64,000 nucleotides of DNA, from contig JBGCFM010000039.1 of NCBI GenBank assembly GCA_045106895.1, positions 6,575 through 70,574 of the forward strand, in the 5' to 3' direction. The notes under the pieces are model-generated. The model was not told the origin of the DNA. It saw only the letters and a program-made list of their open reading frames with translations, and did no database searches. Position numbers and translations under genes: made by a program. This document shows, in pieces, positions 20,415-29,474 of the stretch (positions within the stretch are counted from its first letter, which is position 1; each line of letters opens with the position of its first letter). The stretch is from Polyangiales bacterium. GTDB lineage: Bacteria > Myxococcota_A > Polyangia > Polyangiales > Houyiibacteriaceae.

Positions 20415-21626
20415 GTGGGATTCTTCCAAATCTTTCAAGATGATCCGTACATCGCGCTCATCCCGTTTTTCAGCGCGTTCGTCGGCTGGTTCACAAACGT
20501 CCTTGCCGTCCGCATGATGTTCTACCCGACGGAGTTCGTCGGGGTCGCCAAGCCGTGGCTTGGTTGGCAGGGACTCGTGCCCGCCAACGCGCGTCGCCTG
20601 GCGCGGATGTCCACGGAGCTGATCCTTACGAAGCTACTTTCCCTCAAGGAGCTCTTCGGAAGCTTCAAGGGTGAGGAGTTCGCCGAAGAGCTCGACGCCG
20701 TGGTCAACGACACCTCGCAGCAGATCCTCGACGAGATCAAAGCCCGCGTTCCCGTTCTTTGGGACAACGCCGGCGAGTTCATGCAGAAGACGATCGAAGA
20801 CGGGGTTCGCGTGAAGGTTCGCGAAGTCACCATTAAGATCGTCGATGACTTTGGTGACAACATCGAAGATGTCCTCGACCTTGAGCGCGTCGTCATCGAC
20901 GCCGTCGTCAAAGACAAGAAGCTCATGAGCATGATGTTCCTCCAGGTTGGAGAAGCAGAGTTCAAGTTTATCGAGCGCTCCGGCATCTGGTTCGGGCTTC
21001 TCTTCGGCATCATTCAGATGGTCGTGTGGGCCTACTTCCCAGCCGACTGGGTCTTGCCGCTGGCTGGGTTCTTTGTCGGCTACGCGACAAACTGGGTGGC
21101 GCTCAAGCTCATCTTCCAGCCGCGATACCCCAAGAAGTTTGGGCCCTTCACCATTCACGGCCTCTTCCACAAGCGGCAAAAAGAGGTCGCCGGTGCGTTC
21201 TCGAAGCTGACGGCGGGCAAAGTCCTCAACGCCGACAACATCACCGAGACCATCACCACCGGCGAGACCTCCGAGAAGATCTTCGGCATCGTCACAGGCC
21301 GCATCAACGAGCTCATCGATGAGTACGAAGGTCACCCCATGCTTGCCATGGCCGTCCCAGAAGCGGAGCGCACGGAGATTCGGACGGAGATTGTCCAGCG
21401 CATTCGCGACGAGCTGCCCAAGCCTGGTGGACTGCTTCATACCTTTGCGGGCAAGTCCGTAAACATCCAAGACGAGCTCGAATCGCGCATGCAAGAGCTT
21501 CCCCCAGAGGAATTTGAAGGCGTCCTTCGACCGGCGTTTCAGCAGGACGAGTGGAAGCTCATCCTCGCCGGCGCAGCGCTCGGCTTTGCAGCCGGCGTGC
21601 TTCAGTTCGTCTACGTCTTCTCCTAG
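20415..21626 (+). CDS. DUF445-family membrane-associated protein
   Basis: N- and C-terminal hydrophobic segments with FVGWFTNVLAVRMMFYP and GYATNWVALKLIFQP motifs typical of DUF445. GTG start. Confidence 0.75.
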   Translation: MGFFQIFQDDPYIALIPFFSAFVGWFTNVLAVRMMFYPTEFVGVAKPWLGWQGLVPANARRLARMSTELILTKLLSLKELFGSFKGEEFAEELDAVVNDTSQQILDEIKARVPVLWDNAGEFMQKTIEDGVRVKVREVTIKIVDDFGDNIEDVLDLERVVIDAVVKDKKLMSMMFLQVGEAEFKFIERSGIWFGLLFGIIQMVVWAYFPADWVLPLAGFFVGYATNWVALKLIFQPRYPKKFGPFTIHGLFHKRQKEVAGAFSKLTAGKVLNADNITETITTGETSEKIFGIVTGRINELIDEYEGHPMLAMAVPEAERTEIRTEIVQRIRDELPKPGGLLHTFAGKSVNIQDELESRMQELPPEEFEGVLRPAFQQDEWKLILAGAALGFAAGVLQFVYVFS

Positions 21627-21636
21627 GACTGGTTGT

Positions 21637-21802
21637 CTAGCAGGACTGTGAAAAAGGCCGTTCGTCGATTCGTGGACTGAATGCGTTGGCAAGTGCGTCC
21701 AATTCACGTCTGCCTATGGACATAGGTGGCACGAATCGGATGGCGTTTGACTGCGTGTTCATGCCGCGAAGCGGCCTGCGGAGTTTTTCACAGTCCTGCT
21801 AG
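21637..21802. repeat. 166-bp element bounded by CTAG and perfect 19-bp terminal inverted repeats (MITE-like or structured RNA)
   Basis: CTAGCAGGACTGTGAAAAA (21637-21655) is the exact reverse complement of TTTTTCACAGTCCTGCTAG (21784-21802). An outer 7-bp IR, CTAGGAC/GTCCTAG (21623-29 / 21807-13), contains the stop codons of both convergent flanking genes. Confidence 0.55.
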
Positions 21803-21809
21803 GGTCGTC

Positions 21810-22628
21810 CTAGACGAGGTCGGGGCGTGGCCTCGACGTCCACCCGAGGGCCCAGCCCATCGTGTAGCGCGCGTTGATCTCGGAGACATGAGTCCAGCCG
21901 AGCTCGCTGCGGTGGGCGTCGATGTTAAAGGGTCCGAAGTAGCCAATATCCGCCAAATGCTGCCCCGCTCGCCGGCACGCTTGTCGGAGCTCCGGCACCG
22001 CCCGCGTCGTCGCTTTCGACGCGCGCCACTGGCCGCGGACAACGTGCTGTTCGACAGGGTCCCCAACGTCGATGCGCCCATCACCGTGCACGAACCCCGG
22101 CATCCCGAGCTCTTCTTCGATGCAAAGCCAAGGCTCGACGCAGACAGGCCCGCGGTCGAGGGAGGCGCGAAGCCAAGCGCGATCTGCCTCTGTCACGTCA
22201 CTTGAAATACGCCGCTGCCCGCCGCCCGCGAAACTCAGATCACGTTTGAGCAATCGCGCGCCGCCGGGTTGAAGGTCGACTTCGTCGGCGAGCAGATAAA
22301 CGCCCGAGCGAGGAAAATGGCTGACGGAGAAATGACGGGAGTTCGCCTCCCGCAAGATGCGCTCGTCCGGTGCTTCCACAAACGCACCCGCGTCGCGAAG
22401 CGCACCGATTGCCGCGGACGTCGGAAGGAACGCGCGCCCTTCCCTCGCTTCGCTCTTCGTCGCGCAGGAGCCAACAAACCAATCATCTCCCTCGGGCACG
22501 AGGGCAGCGGCGAGCATCGTCGCGGCGGCTTGTGACTTTTTGCGTGCCGCCGAACTAAGCACCCGCCCTTCCAACTCCAACTCGGCGCCCAGATTGAGCA
22601 ACCACAGCCGCTTCACGTTGGCATCCAT
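21810..22628 (-). CDS. ATP-grasp-like protein of unknown specificity
   Basis: The C-terminal GYFGPFNIDA...SEINARYTMG resembles the ATP-grasp E-x-N Mg/ATP motif, and there is a LLKRDLSFAGGG segment. Overlaps the upstream DUF455 gene by 16 nt. Confidence 0.5.
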   Translation of the reverse strand: MDANVKRLWLLNLGAELELEGRVLSSAARKKSQAAATMLAAALVPEGDDWFVGSCATKSEAREGRAFLPTSAAIGALRDAGAFVEAPDERILREANSRHFSVSHFPRSGVYLLADEVDLQPGGARLLKRDLSFAGGGQRRISSDVTEADRAWLRASLDRGPVCVEPWLCIEEELGMPGFVHGDGRIDVGDPVEQHVVRGQWRASKATTRAVPELRQACRRAGQHLADIGYFGPFNIDAHRSELGWTHVSEINARYTMGWALGWTSRPRPDLV

Positions 22629-23419
22629 GCGCTCAGGGCATCCAAGAAAGGGTCATCGAGGCCCGCTGCGCTCCGACGCTCGCGATGGAGCGGGACACCA
22701 CGCATCACCATCGGGGAGAGTGGCGGCGGAAGCTCTTCGAGCCACGCGTCGAAGGAGAGCCCGCCTTTGAGCTCACGAAACCATCGTACGGCAAAGCGCA
22801 CGTGGGCGATTTCTTCGAGGCCGACCTGGTCTTGAATGTCCGCGCCACGTTCGTCCCCGGCGAGGCGAAATGCGGCGGCGAACTTCGCCGAGTGCTCCAG
22901 GTTCCCGGCTTCAAAGCCCATCCCCATGCACGCGACAAATTGGAGCGGCGTCTTGCAGGCAGGGACCCGGTCCCAGAACCAATCGCGAATCGGGAACTCC
23001 CCAAGCTTGTGACCCAGCGACTCGATGTGCTCCGCGTAGAGCCGGCAGTGGCGAATCTCGTCGAGGGCGATGCGGAGGAGCCCTCGGCGAAACTCCGCAG
23101 GGGCGCCCGGAAAGCGTAGAAGTGCCCAGCACATGAGCTCAGCGGCCTGAAGCTCGTGGTGAAAGAAACTATGGAGCAACTTCGCGCGCTTGAGCGGCGT
23201 GTCGAAGCTCCGAGGACGTTTCGGCGATTTCTTTCCCTGAACCCAGTCTGCGGGACGCCCCGGCTTGGGAGGAGGAGCCTCCTGGTGACCGGACCATTCG
23301 TCCGGCGGAGTGGGGGGCGCCAGCTTCCACGCGAGGGAATCGCTGAGGATGTAGGCACGGGCCCATTCTTCAACACTCGCAGTACCCATGGGCGGCATTG
23401 TGACGAAGCCTCGCCACAC
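22613..23419 (-). CDS. DUF455-family ferritin-like (putative di-iron) protein
   Basis: Paired ExxH-type motifs HHELQAAELM and LDEIRHCRLY, and later LEEIAH. The start could instead be ATG 23398 or 23389. Confidence 0.7.
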   Translation of the reverse strand: MWRGFVTMPPMGTASVEEWARAYILSDSLAWKLAPPTPPDEWSGHQEAPPPKPGRPADWVQGKKSPKRPRSFDTPLKRAKLLHSFFHHELQAAELMCWALLRFPGAPAEFRRGLLRIALDEIRHCRLYAEHIESLGHKLGEFPIRDWFWDRVPACKTPLQFVACMGMGFEAGNLEHSAKFAAAFRLAGDERGADIQDQVGLEEIAHVRFAVRWFRELKGGLSFDAWLEELPPPLSPMVMRGVPLHRERRSAAGLDDPFLDALSAWMPT

Positions 23420-23443
23420 TGCAACGCTGCGCTATGGTGGCCC

Positions 23444-24118
23444 ATGCGGATCCCGCTCGCTCACTTGCTCGTAAAAAGCCCGCTGCCTCGCATCAGCGAG
23501 CTGATGACGCAGGTGATCGCGTGCGCCGACAAGGTCCCAGAGCTCACCGCGGCACTCCTTGAAGGCGACCAGGCCGGCGTCGACCGCTTGGCCAAAGAGA
23601 CCTCGATTCTCGAAGGAGAAGCCGACGATCTCAAGAACGTCGTTCGAAGTGAGATGCCCACGCGCCTGCTTCTCCCCGTCGACCGCCGAGATGTCCTGCG
23701 TCTCCTCAGCGAAGTCGACGCCATCGCCGACTGCGCGGAGGACGTGGGCGTGTTGCTCACGCTCCGCCCACTCGACGTACCCGTTCAGATGCGAAGCGTG
23801 CTTCCCCAATACGTGGAGAGCGTGATGGAGGCGGTCCGCGCCGCAGAGACGCTCGTCGGCACGCTGAGCGCGCTTGTGAAATCTGGTTTCCGTGGAGAAG
23901 CCGGCAAGCGGGCACTCACGCTCATCGACGCTGTCGCGGAGCGCGAGCACGAAGCCGACAAAATGCAGGACCAATGCGCGAAGGCGCTCTTCTCCGCGGA
24001 AGAGATGATGCCGCCCGTCGCTATCTTCATGTGGACGAAAGTCCTAAACAAGATCGGAGATATGGCGAACCACTCGGAGAACATCGGCGATCAGTTTCGA
24101 CTCTTCGTCGCTCGCTAG
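23444..24118 (+). CDS. DUF47 / PhoU-like phosphate-transport regulator (YkaA/TIGR00153-like)
   Basis: Four-helix PhoU-like repeats (EGEADDLKNVVR..., EREHEADKMQDQ). Classic position upstream of a PiT transporter. Track ORF 23156.. is an upstream extension. Confidence 0.8.
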   Translation: MRIPLAHLLVKSPLPRISELMTQVIACADKVPELTAALLEGDQAGVDRLAKETSILEGEADDLKNVVRSEMPTRLLLPVDRRDVLRLLSEVDAIADCAEDVGVLLTLRPLDVPVQMRSVLPQYVESVMEAVRAAETLVGTLSALVKSGFRGEAGKRALTLIDAVAEREHEADKMQDQCAKALFSAEEMMPPVAIFMWTKVLNKIGDMANHSENIGDQFRLFVAR

Positions 24119-24280
24119 TGTGTGCGATTCAGAAAGGTAGACGGGAGATGACGCAGGACTGCAGTCCGAGGGCTAGGCGCGATGACGAAGGAATGTCCCC
24201 GACATTTCGAGGAAGAGCAACGCAGCCATTGGGCTGCAGGACCAGTCAGGTCCCCTCTGCCTTTCTGAATCGCGCACTAG
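24115..24280. repeat. 166-bp CTAG-bounded inverted-repeat element between the DUF47 gene and pit (MITE-like or structured leader RNA)
   Basis: Left arm CTAGTGTGTGCGATTCAGAAAGGTAGA pairs with right arm TCTGCCTTTCTGAATCGCGCACTAG. This gives about 25 bp with a 2-nt bulge, and both mismatches are G-U compatible. Internal hairpins lie at about 24191-24208, 24222-24237 and 24239-24253. The left CTAG contains the DUF47 stop codon. Confidence 0.55.
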
Positions 24281-24294
24281 CCCACTAAGCCGCC

Positions 24295-25521
24295 GTGGAT
24301 TCTTTTACCCTCGTCTTGGCCCTCACCGCTGTCGCCGGCCTGTACATGGCCTGGAGTATCGGCGCGAACGATGTCGCCAACGCCATGGGCACCTCCGTTG
24401 GTTCAGGAGCGCTCTCCCTTCGCACGGTGCTTGTTCTGGCTGCGATCTTCGAGCTGAGCGGTGCGCTCTTCGCCGGCGGCCGAGTCTCCGAGACCATCGC
24501 CGACAATATCGTCGACTTCAGCGCCCTTCAGCTCGACCCGCTCCTAATGGCCGGCGGCATGGCGTGTTCACTCATCGCGGCGGCGGGCTGGATACACGCG
24601 GCATCAGCCATGGGTTTTCCGGTGTCGACGACGCACAGCATCGTCGGCGCTGTCCTCGGTTTTGGGTTTGTCGTCGGCGGCTCGGGAGCGGTTCAGTGGG
24701 GGGTCCTCGGCGCGGTGGGCGTAAGCTGGTTGGTGTCCCCCATCCTTGGAGGCGTCGGCGCGTTCCTTATTCTGCGTGGGCTGCAGCGCTGGGTCTTCGA
24801 AGGCGCCGATTCAATACGAAACGCGCGGCGCGCCGTTCCGGCGATCACCTTCTTCATCGTCACGCTCCTTGGCACCGCGCTCCTCACGGACGAGCAGTCA
24901 ATTTTACGCGCGGCGATGCCTCTGACTGAGGCCCTTCTCGTATCGGGGACTGTCGCGCTGATGCTCTCCGGCGCCATCGCCGTAGCAGCACGCCGAGTGG
25001 TGAAGGACAAGACCTCAACGCCGGAGCGGCTCTTCGGGCTGCTTCAAATCGTCACCGCGTGTTTCATCGCCTTTGCGCATGGAAGCAACGACGTCGCCAA
25101 CGCCGTGGGCCCAGTCGCGGCGGCGTTTCGCGCGGTACAAGGTTTCGGGAGCGAAGGGGGAGCGATCCCGACGAACGTCCTGATGATCGGCGCGTGCGGT
25201 ATCGTCCTCGGGCTCTCCACCTACGGTTTTCGTGTCATGGCAACCATCGGCAAGAAGATCACTGAGCTGACCCCCTCACTTGGGTTTGCGGCGGAGCTTT
25301 CCGCGGCCATCGTTCTCGTCGCCGCCTCGCGCTTGGCGCTGCCTGTGAGCACCACGCACGTGGTCGTCGGCGCCGTCGTCGGAGCGGGACTCAACCGCAG
25401 CCTCGGCGCACTCAACATGCGGGTGCTCCAGGGCATCGCCGCAAGCTGGATCGTCAGCGTCCCCGCGGCGGGCGTCTTCTGCGCCCTGCTCACGCTCATT
25501 TTTCAGTGGGTGATCGCTTAG
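24295..25521 (+). CDS. pit: Inorganic phosphate transporter, PiT family
   Basis: Duplicated PiT signature GANDVANAMGTSVG and GSNDVANAVGP. About 10 TM helices. GTG start. Confidence 0.9.
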   Translation: MDSFTLVLALTAVAGLYMAWSIGANDVANAMGTSVGSGALSLRTVLVLAAIFELSGALFAGGRVSETIADNIVDFSALQLDPLLMAGGMACSLIAAAGWIHAASAMGFPVSTTHSIVGAVLGFGFVVGGSGAVQWGVLGAVGVSWLVSPILGGVGAFLILRGLQRWVFEGADSIRNARRAVPAITFFIVTLLGTALLTDEQSILRAAMPLTEALLVSGTVALMLSGAIAVAARRVVKDKTSTPERLFGLLQIVTACFIAFAHGSNDVANAVGPVAAAFRAVQGFGSEGGAIPTNVLMIGACGIVLGLSTYGFRVMATIGKKITELTPSLGFAAELSAAIVLVAASRLALPVSTTHVVVGAVVGAGLNRSLGALNMRVLQGIAASWIVSVPAAGVFCALLTLIFQWVIA

Positions 25522-25527
25522 CCCACG

Positions 25528-28500
25528 TCAGGCTTGGAGCGGCCAGCTTAGAGCGCTCATCCCGGGCGTGAGCGCCTGAATGGCGACGCGAAGCTCCTTC
25601 ATCGTGACACGGTCGTCGCTGTTGCGGCGAATAGCACGACGGACCATCTCCGCGGCACCGCGGGTCCTGGGGTCTTGGCTCATCGTGCCTATGCGAGCCG
25701 GTAGACCATCATGGGTCAGGTGCGCCGTGATGGTGGCGAGGTCGTTGGACTCCTCAAAGAGAGTGCGACCGGTCAGGAGTTCGTACGCGAGACACCCGAA
25801 GGCATAGACGTCGGCCGGTGTCGCGGAGCCGGTGGTGCCATGGTCATGGCCCCAGACTTCCGGTGCGCCGTAGCTGGCGGTGCCGCAGCCTGGGCGCAGT
25901 TGGCGACCCGCCAGACCAAAGTCCACAAGCACTGGGGCATCCGGAGCAGCGGGGCCCGCGAGTCCATCCGAATCGCGAGCGATCACGTTGGAGGGCTTGA
26001 GGTCCAGGTGCGCGACGCCGACGGAATGCATCGCCTCAAGCCCCGACGCGATTCCCAGAAGCAAGTCCATGACCCGCGGCATATCCAAGTCACGGGACTC
26101 GATGACGCGCTCCAAGTTGGGTCCTTCAACGAGCTCCATCACGAGGAGCGGCTTCGGCCGCGCGCCCGCATCGAAGGTGACGAAGCCGGCCAAGTTCTCG
26201 TGCGAAGGCAACGCCAAGAGCGCACCCGCTTCTTGCCGAAAGAGGTTGAGGAACTCCTCCTCCGACAACGTTCGCGCTGCGGCTCCTGAGTAGTCTGGGA
26301 CTTTCAGCGCAAACTGCTCCGCGCTGGCGTCGTGGCGAGCATCGCTTCGCCGAGCGACGAAGACGGAGCCGACGGCTCCGGCGCCAATGGGCCGTGCCAA
26401 GTAGAACCCGCCGATGACGCGGCTCGGCGGAACCCAAGCGGGAAGGGAAATCTCCTTCTTGGTGGCCACCGGCAAGAACGACGCGCGTCCTTGCCGGGGC
26501 GCATCCGCGGGCAAGGTCGTCAAGACCTCCATCGAAGTGATGATGGCGCGCACGAGGGCCGAGGGGAGCTCCGCTTCGAAGGTCTCCGCCGCCGCCTCGA
26601 TGGACTGCGCGAGCCCTTCGGTGTTTCCACGGATGGCGCGCTCAAGATGGATGTCGACGAAGCGCACCGCGTGGCCGGACTCGGGGCGCTGGATGGTGCC
26701 CGACGCGAGACGCCGAGCTGCGCCTGCGGAGAGCTGCGCCAAGGTCTGAACCGCACGCTCCAGCGCAGCCAGTGGCATCTCTCCTCCGGAACGTTCCGCC
26801 AGTTCACGAAGGGAGGCCGACGCGACGAGCGGTTCGAGGCTGTACATCAAGTCGAGGAGGGCACTTCGAAGCGCCTCCACCCGAGGTGAAGTCGCGATGG
26901 GAAGCTCATGTGCCAGCCGCGAGAGGTCGTTGAGGCTCGCCCGCGCCGCGCGCCCCGTTGAGCCCTCGCGCGCCGCGATGGTGCGCTCGAGACGAGCGTA
27001 CGCGCGCAACGCCGTGTCCAGGTCCGGCACCATGGACGCTTCCGCCATGGTTCGTTGGTCGTGGTGCGTTTGGGTAAGACGGCCAGCGACGAGCAGGATA
27101 TCGCTCACCTCGCAGGTCTCCTCGCGGACGAGCGCGTCGCAGGCTCGCGCCGCCGCCGCGCATAGAGCACGCCGAAGTGACTTCGCTTTGTCGTCGCGGA
27201 CGCGGGCAAGCAATACCTGAGCGGTGAGCAAACGGCGCTGACGGACCATCTCGTGGCGGTCATCCACGCGCCGGCCATCGGCATCGACGAGGCGCAGGAA
27301 CGTACGAAGGCGTCGAAGGCGATGCACAAAATGCGGCGCGTCTTCGTGCTGGTTCGCATAACCCTCATGGATGACGAGCCAGTTCGTGAGTCGCTGAAAG
27401 AGGTCACCGAGGGGGCGTACGCTCTCGTCGGCGGTCTCCGCCTGAGACGAGAGGCTCAAAAGGTTGGCCAAAGAGTCCGACGCCAACAGAGCGCGGTCGA
27501 TGGTTCGAATCGCCCGAAACGCCCAGCGCCGACCGCCGCTGTCTTCATCCGACGTGTGCTCCTCAAGTTCGTCGACGAGACGATGTGCGACGTCTAGCGC
27601 ATGCATCGCCGCACCGCGTGCCGCGACGGGCCCCTCCGTATGAAAGAGCTCCACGCCGCGATCGATGAGCGGGATCAAGGCGCCTGGAGGCTCCCCTTCG
27701 AGCTCAGCGACGACGCTTCGAAGCAGTGAAAAGGCGCCGTCGTCGAAGATCGCTTCGTTGTTGAGTCGCTGCTTTAGGTGCGCCACAGCGGACTTCGCGG
27801 CCCACTCGCCGAACTCCGGCGCGACACGCTCACGTCGAAGCTCCACAAGCGCCTCGGCGGCGGAAAGGTCTCCAGCACGGACAAGCAAATCCGCGAACTC
27901 CGTGGCCAGCTCGGGTTCTACTTCGGCTACGCGAGGAAGCGCCATCAGCATCGCGGCTGCAACACCGGGATCCTTCTTCATGATCGTGCTGCCGAGCAGC
28001 TCCCGGGAGCGTTCGATGGCCTCCGGGCGCACAGCGATGCTCGCGACGGTGCTCGCCGCGGCGCGACGCCACTCCGTCACGCCCAGCCCTTCCCCAAGGT
28101 GGCGCTCGATCTCCTCGGCGAGATCCGGGCGCGCGACGGAGAGAAGCCCACGCGCGGACGCTACGTGACGCCAGACAAGGGACTCTCGATCCGCGAGAAG
28201 CCGCGCCCACGCGTCGCGGATGTCCGCAGTGTCAAAGATCCGTACGCCGCTGTCGTCGCCTTCGCTTGCGCGCTGCGCTGCCTCACGCGCGGCCCGCTCG
28301 AGCAGCCGCGCCGCCAAACGTCGCGAAGGCAGCGAGCCCATCGAAGGGGAACGGAGCCATTCGATACTGGATCCGCGACGCGAGATAAGCGCGAGCGCCA
28401 GCGCATCCGCGCGAGAAGAAGAACCGAGCGGCAGGTCCAGCGAAAGCGCGACGCGCGCTCTGTTTCCCGCGCCGCCGAGAGCCTTCGACCCGCCGAGTGC

Positions 28501-28992
28501 AATCTGCGTCGCCATCCCAACAAACGTGCGTCCGTCAGCCGTGCGTAGGCTCGCCAACACATGACGGCCGATGGTCCGCTTCTCGCCGCATGCGGGCAAC
28601 GCCGACGCAAGCTCGTAGAGCGCAGCCCCCCTCGCCGCGGCGCTGAGGAACGAGAGATGATCGAGGAGACCTGTGTCGATGGCGACCTTGCACGAATCAC
28701 GGAGCGCAGCGGGGTCTAATCCCTCGAGCGGCACGTAACGGCGGTGGTCCGAAACTGCCGCCGCGAGCGTCGCCATGCTCTGCCGCCAAACGCTGCCACG
28801 CTCCTCTGGGTCAGAGATGCGATGCAGCTGCACAAGTCCTTCTAGGTAGTTCGCCTCGCCCACGCCCGGGAATACTACGGCGGCGGCGGCGATAAGACAG
28901 TGTCGAATCCAGATTTTTCGGCGCGGCGAGGTCTCAAGCGAGCTATGTGCGTTGTGTGGGTAGCAACGAAGGGGGCAGGGACGGGGCTTCAA
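25528..28992 (-). CDS. Large Ser/Thr protein kinase (C-terminal kinase domain, roughly 850-aa helical N-terminal region)
   Basis: Kinase motifs GAGAVGSVFVA, FALKVP, HLDLKPSNV and VDFGLAG in the last roughly 300 aa. The N-terminal region is A/L/R-rich and helical with no motif recognised. The exact start is uncertain. Confidence 0.8.
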   Translation of the reverse strand: MKPRPCPLRCYPHNAHSSLETSPRRKIWIRHCLIAAAAVVFPGVGEANYLEGLVQLHRISDPEERGSVWRQSMATLAAAVSDHRRYVPLEGLDPAALRDSCKVAIDTGLLDHLSFLSAAARGAALYELASALPACGEKRTIGRHVLASLRTADGRTFVGMATQIALGGSKALGGAGNRARVALSLDLPLGSSSRADALALALISRRGSSIEWLRSPSMGSLPSRRLAARLLERAAREAAQRASEGDDSGVRIFDTADIRDAWARLLADRESLVWRHVASARGLLSVARPDLAEEIERHLGEGLGVTEWRRAAASTVASIAVRPEAIERSRELLGSTIMKKDPGVAAAMLMALPRVAEVEPELATEFADLLVRAGDLSAAEALVELRRERVAPEFGEWAAKSAVAHLKQRLNNEAIFDDGAFSLLRSVVAELEGEPPGALIPLIDRGVELFHTEGPVAARGAAMHALDVAHRLVDELEEHTSDEDSGGRRWAFRAIRTIDRALLASDSLANLLSLSSQAETADESVRPLGDLFQRLTNWLVIHEGYANQHEDAPHFVHRLRRLRTFLRLVDADGRRVDDRHEMVRQRRLLTAQVLLARVRDDKAKSLRRALCAAAARACDALVREETCEVSDILLVAGRLTQTHHDQRTMAEASMVPDLDTALRAYARLERTIAAREGSTGRAARASLNDLSRLAHELPIATSPRVEALRSALLDLMYSLEPLVASASLRELAERSGGEMPLAALERAVQTLAQLSAGAARRLASGTIQRPESGHAVRFVDIHLERAIRGNTEGLAQSIEAAAETFEAELPSALVRAIITSMEVLTTLPADAPRQGRASFLPVATKKEISLPAWVPPSRVIGGFYLARPIGAGAVGSVFVARRSDARHDASAEQFALKVPDYSGAAARTLSEEEFLNLFRQEAGALLALPSHENLAGFVTFDAGARPKPLLVMELVEGPNLERVIESRDLDMPRVMDLLLGIASGLEAMHSVGVAHLDLKPSNVIARDSDGLAGPAAPDAPVLVDFGLAGRQLRPGCGTASYGAPEVWGHDHGTTGSATPADVYAFGCLAYELLTGRTLFEESNDLATITAHLTHDGLPARIGTMSQDPRTRGAAEMVRRAIRRNSDDRVTMKELRVAIQALTPGMSALSWPLQA

Positions 28993-29021
28993 GAGAGGGA
29001 CAAGCCCTTGCGCCCGCGAGC

Positions 29022-29474
29022 GTGGCGTACTGGAGACTGGCGCAGTTGGTCAACGCTGGGGTCTCCACGCTGACCGCGCTCGGCGCCGCCGGCGCCACGA
29101 TGTTCTACTCGGATCACTGGTGGGTCGCGCTTCTGTGCGCAGGGATCGTCTTCACCGCGTCGGCCACCTGGGCCCTCCTCGCGCCGGCGCTGCGATATCG
29201 CCGCTTTCGATATTCGCTTCTGGAAAGCCGTCTGTGGATTCGTTCCGGCGTGTTCTTTCACCGAGAAAAGTCGATCCCACTGGCACGAATTCAACATGTA
29301 GATGTGTCGCGAGGGCCCCTCGAGCGCATGTTTGGCCTCGCAAGGGTGACTGTCTTCACCGCCGGCGGACGACTGGCGACGGCGCAAATCCCTGGGCTTA
29401 CTCCGGAGCGCGCCGACGCACTGCGTCTCGCCCTCCTCGGCGCCACGGAGTCCCTGGTGCGGGGCTCCGCGTGA
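29022..29474 (+). CDS. Bacterial PH-domain (bPH_2) membrane protein, YdbS-like
   Basis: Two N-terminal TM helices followed by a PH-like segment (RYSLLESRLWIRSGVFFHREKSIPLARIQHVDVSRGPLERMFGLARVTVFTAG). GTG 29022 preferred over track start 28947, which would overlap the divergent kinase gene. Confidence 0.65.
   Translation: MAYWRLAQLVNAGVSTLTALGAAGATMFYSDHWWVALLCAGIVFTASATWALLAPALRYRRFRYSLLESRLWIRSGVFFHREKSIPLARIQHVDVSRGPLERMFGLARVTVFTAGGRLATAQIPGLTPERADALRLALLGATESLVRGSA

Noticed and set aside
20634-21707. 357-aa minus-strand ORF antisense to the DUF445 gene. Similar cases are 31205..32488 (antisense to pruA), 13194..14132, 16267..17478, 17106..18272, 10577..11647, 42748..43419, 51563..52363 and 55501..56562.
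   Set aside because: Each lies within a better-supported gene on the other strand and lacks motifs, which is the standard high-GC shadow-ORF pattern.
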